DNA of 11,785 nucleotides, from the NCBI GenBank assembly GCA_015523565.1, contig WAKA01000168.1:1-11785 (forward strand), read 5' to 3'. The notes under the pieces were generated by a model. It saw only the letters and a program-made list of their open reading frames with translations. It made no database searches and had not been told where the DNA came from. Below, piece after piece: positions 8,184-11,785 of this stretch. Position 1 is the first letter of the stretch. Each line of letters begins with the position of its first letter. This stretch comes from Candidatus Heimdallarchaeota archaeon. GTDB lineage: Archaea > Asgardarchaeota > Heimdallarchaeia > Heimdallarchaeales > Kariarchaeaceae. Made by a program: the position numbers and the translations under genes.

Positions 8184-8198
8184 TATTTATATTTTTCC
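8184..8198 (-). promoter_or_regulatory. Putative BRE/TATA promoter of the protease-propeller operon
   Basis: GGAAAAA-TATAAATA, 19 nt before the ATG; copy 2 has GGAAAAA-TTTAAATA, 18 nt before its ATG. Confidence 0.55.
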
Positions 8199-8683
8199 TT
8201 CAAACTTCGTTTAATGGTTTCTTCTTGGAAATACATTTCTATTGAATTGGTGTGTGCATGATCAATCAAATGTGGAACTTTGAATAATGACTGACATCGC
8301 CTCCATCAAATGGCAATATTCAATATGCACGATGCAACTGGTATTTTTTTTGCTTTCATATGAATTTTATTGTCTTTTCTTTCTATTTACCTGAAAAAAT
8401 TGAAAATTATTTCTTTTTTCTTGTCAATGATGCTATTGTGCTTCCGTTGATTTTCTTATTTCTGGTGACATCTGTATGCATTTTTTAGCCTTTCCTCAAA
8501 TCAGTCTATGGGTCAATAACCTTCATTTCCAAGTAAATCCCGTTAGTTGGTGATATCTGGGATCACTGATGGATTTATTCTAATATTTTTGACGACTGTT
8601 TCCATTTGTTTGAAATGGTCAATAACTTTGCAAAAAAAAGAAAAATGAAAAATTTTAAATATTGGCTGTTTTTTGTCACATCA

Positions 8684-8731
8684 TATATTTAAAAAAATTA
8701 ATGGCTTTGTGTTTGATAATGCCGTAGGTGA
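8684..8731 (+). promoter_or_regulatory. Putative TATA box and RBS of the 247-aa gene
   Basis: TATATTTAAA near 8685-8694 and AGGTGA at 8726-8731, 5 nt before the ATG; both identical in copy 2. Confidence 0.6.
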
Positions 8732-8736
8732 TTTGA

Positions 8737-9480
8737 ATGATAAGAAAAGTTGGTCTTCTTTGTCTACTCCTGGCCATAATTCTGCCATCAGTTGCCCAAC
8801 AGAACACTGTCCAAACCTTGCAGGAGGCAAAGATGTATGATATCAAAACCGATTACATATTCTTCAACAATTCTGGAGTCTATGAGGAGATAATTGACTA
8901 CAACAGGACAATGACGGGATGGCTGGGTCGCAACTGGTCTGATTACCTGATTCCCGGTGATTTCCAAAGCTTGGGATTTCAATTCGACTTGGTCAACGAC
9001 ACCCACTTTGAGGAAGGGGACTTCGTGTTTGTGCTGATGCCCAACGAGTCCTATCCGACGATAGACAACAGCACCCATTATGTGGTGAATTTCAGTGAGC
9101 ATATTTATTCATCTTATACTCCCGCAAAAAATATCACCGTTTACCTATATCATGATACGGATGTGATTATTCCCACACCATATTCGAACAGGACATCTCC
9201 TTACCAAGAGTTTCCTGTTGGTGTGTTTATGGATTATCCCTTCCATGAGGATGAATCTCCCTATCCGCAAGACAATGATGATCCCAACTTGATCAAGCTG
9301 TTGATATTCTACAACGGGAATGACACGGTCAACATTTCAAGAACACTGATTTTTGAAAATTGGCGGATCTACACAATGGACGGGAATGAAGGGTTCACAC
9401 CTGTTCATCTGGAATGGCCATTGTTCTTGCTTGTGCTTGTAAACAGGAAGGCAAGACGAAAGATACATTTCCTTGGATGA
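8737..9480 (+). CDS. Secreted acidic glycoprotein of unknown function with C-terminal anchor (247 aa), copy 1
   Basis: Signal peptide MIRKVGLLCLLLAIILPSVA, 11 NxS/T sequons, C-terminal FTPVHLEWPLFLLVLVNRKARRK (Pro motif, hydrophobic, basic), strong RBS. Confidence 0.9.
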   Translation: MIRKVGLLCLLLAIILPSVAQQNTVQTLQEAKMYDIKTDYIFFNNSGVYEEIIDYNRTMTGWLGRNWSDYLIPGDFQSLGFQFDLVNDTHFEEGDFVFVLMPNESYPTIDNSTHYVVNFSEHIYSSYTPAKNITVYLYHDTDVIIPTPYSNRTSPYQEFPVGVFMDYPFHEDESPYPQDNDDPNLIKLLIFYNGNDTVNISRTLIFENWRIYTMDGNEGFTPVHLEWPLFLLVLVNRKARRKIHFLG

Positions 9481-9731
9481 AAGATTACTGCTTTAATTTT
9501 GGAAATCATTTGCCTTTGTGGCATGATTGGCTTCTTTTCCATTGAGAGTCTTGTTCTTCCACAAAAATTTTTGTTTCCTCCATTAATCCCATTCTAAAAG
9601 ACTGATTATTTTCTCTGATTCTCTCAATAGATATGAAAAAACCCTCATTTTGTTTACATGGTAACTAAATCCATCACTTTTTGTTGTATCTCTGTGGGTA
9701 AAGTTATGCTTATTCAAATGATTATGGGTAC

Positions 9732-10868
9732 TCAATAAATGCTCTTCTGCGGTATGTTATTCTGATTTCTATTTATTTTTCTTGTTTTCCTCCATGCCGT
9801 CAACAAGACAGGGAATGCAATCACCCAAAAGGGAATTGGTGCATCCTCTGTTTTTGGTGGGTCACTTAGGATAATTACATATTTTGAGTACTCTGGGTCT
9901 TTGGCAATGACTTTTACCACTTCTCCCGTATTGGCGTCGAAAATAGGGACATTGAATGCCTGTCTGCCTACAATGATTTTGTCTTGGTTCCAGTCCATTG
10001 AGAAAATTCTTGTCGGCATTCCTTCTGGTATGCGCTGATCTAAATTTTGAAAAAACCTAAGCTGTCTGTTCCCGTTCCTGTCGAAGATGTCTATTGTCTC
10101 ATTGGCATATCCCGCCGCAAACTTTTGGCTGTCATCCGACGGCGCAACTGCCATCGCAATCCTTGGCAATTCAATATTTTCCAATGCGCCGTCACTGTAG
10201 ATGTGCACATTTTTCCATTCCGCAATGAAAAGGTCACCGCCGTTCCATCTTACATCCCTTATCCTGTCGCCAAAGTTAAGCTTCTCCAGTTTTCCCCCTT
10301 TCCAAACCATCACGGTTCCGTTGTGCAGGCCTGCCGCAACCTTCCCATCGGCTGTCGCATCCAATGTCTCGACATAGCTTCCCGTTTCCCATTCCTTGAT
10401 CCTTGTCAAGTTGACGGGATCGAAAACCAGAACCCTGCTGGTCTCGCTTTCATTCGTCCCCACATAGATGTTGTCTCCCCAAGCCAAGGCACTGATTGTC
10501 ACGTTTATGTCAACACTATCTTGTGTGTCATTGGTAAATTTCCATCGTGTTATCCCGCCATTGCTTGTCCCAGCAACAATCATGGTGCCGTTAAGGTTTA
10601 CAGCAAGCATACGTCTCCACAGGGGTCCATCCCCGCTGGGTAATCTGTAAGATATTATGGGTGTTCCCTCTGTCACGTTCCACACAAATATGTTGTCTCC
10701 GAGTGTCACTGCTGTCTCGGTGCCGTTTATCCACCTCACTGCTTCTCCATGGTCTGTGTACGGGCGAATTATTTCTGCGGTTGAGGGCTTTTCATTCAAC
10801 GCAATAGGCATCAAAATCAATATTATGATCGTCATTAATTTCCATCTATACAAACACAACCACCTCAC
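9732..10868 (-). CDS. Secreted WD40-like beta-propeller glycoprotein with C-terminal anchor, copy 2 (likely true start TTG at 10853)
   Basis: Full-length collinear paralog of 5455..6555 with intact frame, the same RBS and an APIPFWVIAF...RKTRK tail. Confidence 0.9.
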   Translation of the reverse strand: MRWLCLYRWKLMTIIILILMPIALNEKPSTAEIIRPYTDHGEAVRWINGTETAVTLGDNIFVWNVTEGTPIISYRLPSGDGPLWRRMLAVNLNGTMIVAGTSNGGITRWKFTNDTQDSVDINVTISALAWGDNIYVGTNESETSRVLVFDPVNLTRIKEWETGSYVETLDATADGKVAAGLHNGTVMVWKGGKLEKLNFGDRIRDVRWNGGDLFIAEWKNVHIYSDGALENIELPRIAMAVAPSDDSQKFAAGYANETIDIFDRNGNRQLRFFQNLDQRIPEGMPTRIFSMDWNQDKIIVGRQAFNVPIFDANTGEVVKVIAKDPEYSKYVIILSDPPKTEDAPIPFWVIAFPVLLTAWRKTRKINRNQNNIPQKSIY

Positions 10869-11092
10869 TTTCTGGTTTAATGGTTATTGAATAATCGAAT
10901 TTCTTGATGAGTCTGAGATCCCACCAACGACCGTCTCCCATCCACCAAAACCACGAATAATATTTGTCTCCCAGAGAATATTCTTTCATCTTGTTCTCAA
11001 CTCTCGCCACTTATGTAAGCAATAAATACGACAGGATTGGCAAGTGGCATGATTACTACTGTCGATTTCCATAATTGCTTTTTGTATTGCAT
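10846..11092 (-). pseudogene. Internally deleted metalloprotease relic, copy 2
   Basis: 11092-10981 matches the protease 5' end (8164-8046) with a frameshifting deletion of about 8 nt (MQYKKQLWKSTVVIMPLANPVVFIAYISGES*). 10846 to about 10978 matches the 3' end (6533 to about 6665). About 1.38 kb, including HEXXH, is absent. Confidence 0.92.
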
Positions 11093-11510
11093 GTTTCCTC
11101 TCTTTAAACCTATTTAAATTTTTCCTTCAAATTTCGTGTTATGGTTTCTTCTTAGAAATACATTTTTCTAAGTTGATGGGTATATAATCCAATTTTCCTT
11201 GTCAATGAATGTATTTCCGTTGATTTTCTTATTTCTGGTGACATCTGTATGCATTTTTTACCCTTTCCTCAAATCAGTCTATGGGTCAATGACCTTCATT
11301 TCCAGGTAAATCCCGTTAGTTGGTGATATCTGGGATCACTGATGGATTTATTCCAATATTTTTGACGACAGTTTCCATTTGGTTGAAATGGTCAATAACT
11401 TTGCAAAAAAAAAGAAAAATGAAAAATTTTAAATATTGGCTGTTTTTTGTCGCATCATATATTTAAAAAAATTAATGGCTTTGTGTTTGATAATGCCGTA
11501 GGTGATTTGA

Positions 11511-11785
11511 ATGATAAGAAAAGTTGGTCTTCTTTGTCTGCTGCTGGCCATAATTCTGCCGTCAGTTGCCCAGCAGAACACTATCCAAACCTTGCAGGAG
11601 GCAAAGATGTATGATCTCAAAACCGATTACATATTCTTCAACAATTCTGGGGTCTATGAAGAGATAATGGACTACAACCAGACCATGACAGAATGGCTGG
11701 GTCGCAACTGGTCTGATTACCTGATTCCCGGTGATTTCCAAAGCTTGGGATTTCAATTCGACTTGGTCAACGACACCCACTTTGA
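11511..11785 (+). CDS. Secreted glycoprotein, copy 2 of the 247-aa gene (3' end outside the window)
   Basis: Open from ATG 11511 to the window end and aligns to 8737-9011 with few changes (V25I, I36L, I53M, R57Q, G61E). Confidence 0.9.
   Translation, partial: MIRKVGLLCLLLAIILPSVAQQNTIQTLQEAKMYDLKTDYIFFNNSGVYEEIMDYNQTMTEWLGRNWSDYLIPGDFQSLGFQFDLVNDTHF

Larger units (their letters stand above)
5455..11785. repeat. Tandem direct duplication of a surface-protein cassette (unit 1 about 5455-9731, unit 2 about 9732 to beyond the window)
   Basis: Collinear homology with offsets of about 4301-4313 (propeller), 2928 (protease start) and 2774 (247-aa gene); the offset steps match two deletions in unit 2. 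Confidence 0.95.

Noticed and set aside
8165-8269. N-terminal extension of the protease in the ORF track (start 8269)
   Set aside because: It would bury the signal peptide, runs through the TATA-like box, and is poorly conserved in copy 2.
8270-8625. Decayed minus-strand gene or stop-codon readthrough upstream of the protease
   Set aside because: About six mixed TAA/TGA stops in about 115 codons is what AT-rich non-coding DNA gives.
8420-8630. CRISPR array or IS200/IS605 (IscB) end suggested by GTCAATAAC repeats
   Set aside because: The repeats are only 10-12 bp, few and too widely spaced, and there is no cas, tnpA, tnpB or iscB gene.
5455-10080. Diversity-generating retroelement TR/VR pair between the propeller 3' regions
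   Set aside because: Many differences have coding-strand A in copy 1, but 9 of 23 counted do not. There is also an indel, both copies are full genes, and no reverse transcriptase is present.
10047-10643. 198-aa + strand ORF and similar ORFs opposite the propeller, protease and 247-aa genes
   Set aside because: They are antisense to well-supported genes, and the equivalent frame in copy 1 is interrupted by a stop.

Overview
Archaeal genomic DNA, judged from an intron-containing, CCA-less tRNA-Asn(GTT) with a bulge-helix-bulge splice motif, GGTGA/GAGGTG ribosome-binding sites, TATA-like boxes and sequon-rich surface proteins with C-terminal sorting anchors. An Asgard/Heimdallarchaeia-like source is a guess only. 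Left part (1-5100): a 5'-truncated ORF, a probably decayed ORF, an orphan 1199-aa protein with a possible HhH plus PD-(D/E)XK nuclease signature, a coupled micro-ORF repeating its C-terminus, and a small Cys4 zinc-finger gene. Right part (5455-11785): a tandem duplication of a three-gene cell-surface cassette made of a secreted metzincin-like protease, a translationally coupled membrane-anchored beta-propeller, and a divergently transcribed anchored glycoprotein. In the second copy the protease lost about 1.4 kb internally but its promoter region and the propeller RBS were kept, and the propeller diverged in discrete patches while keeping all nine N-glycosylation sequons. This diversifying protease/propeller cassette is the best candidate for an undescribed system; its function is inferred, not shown.
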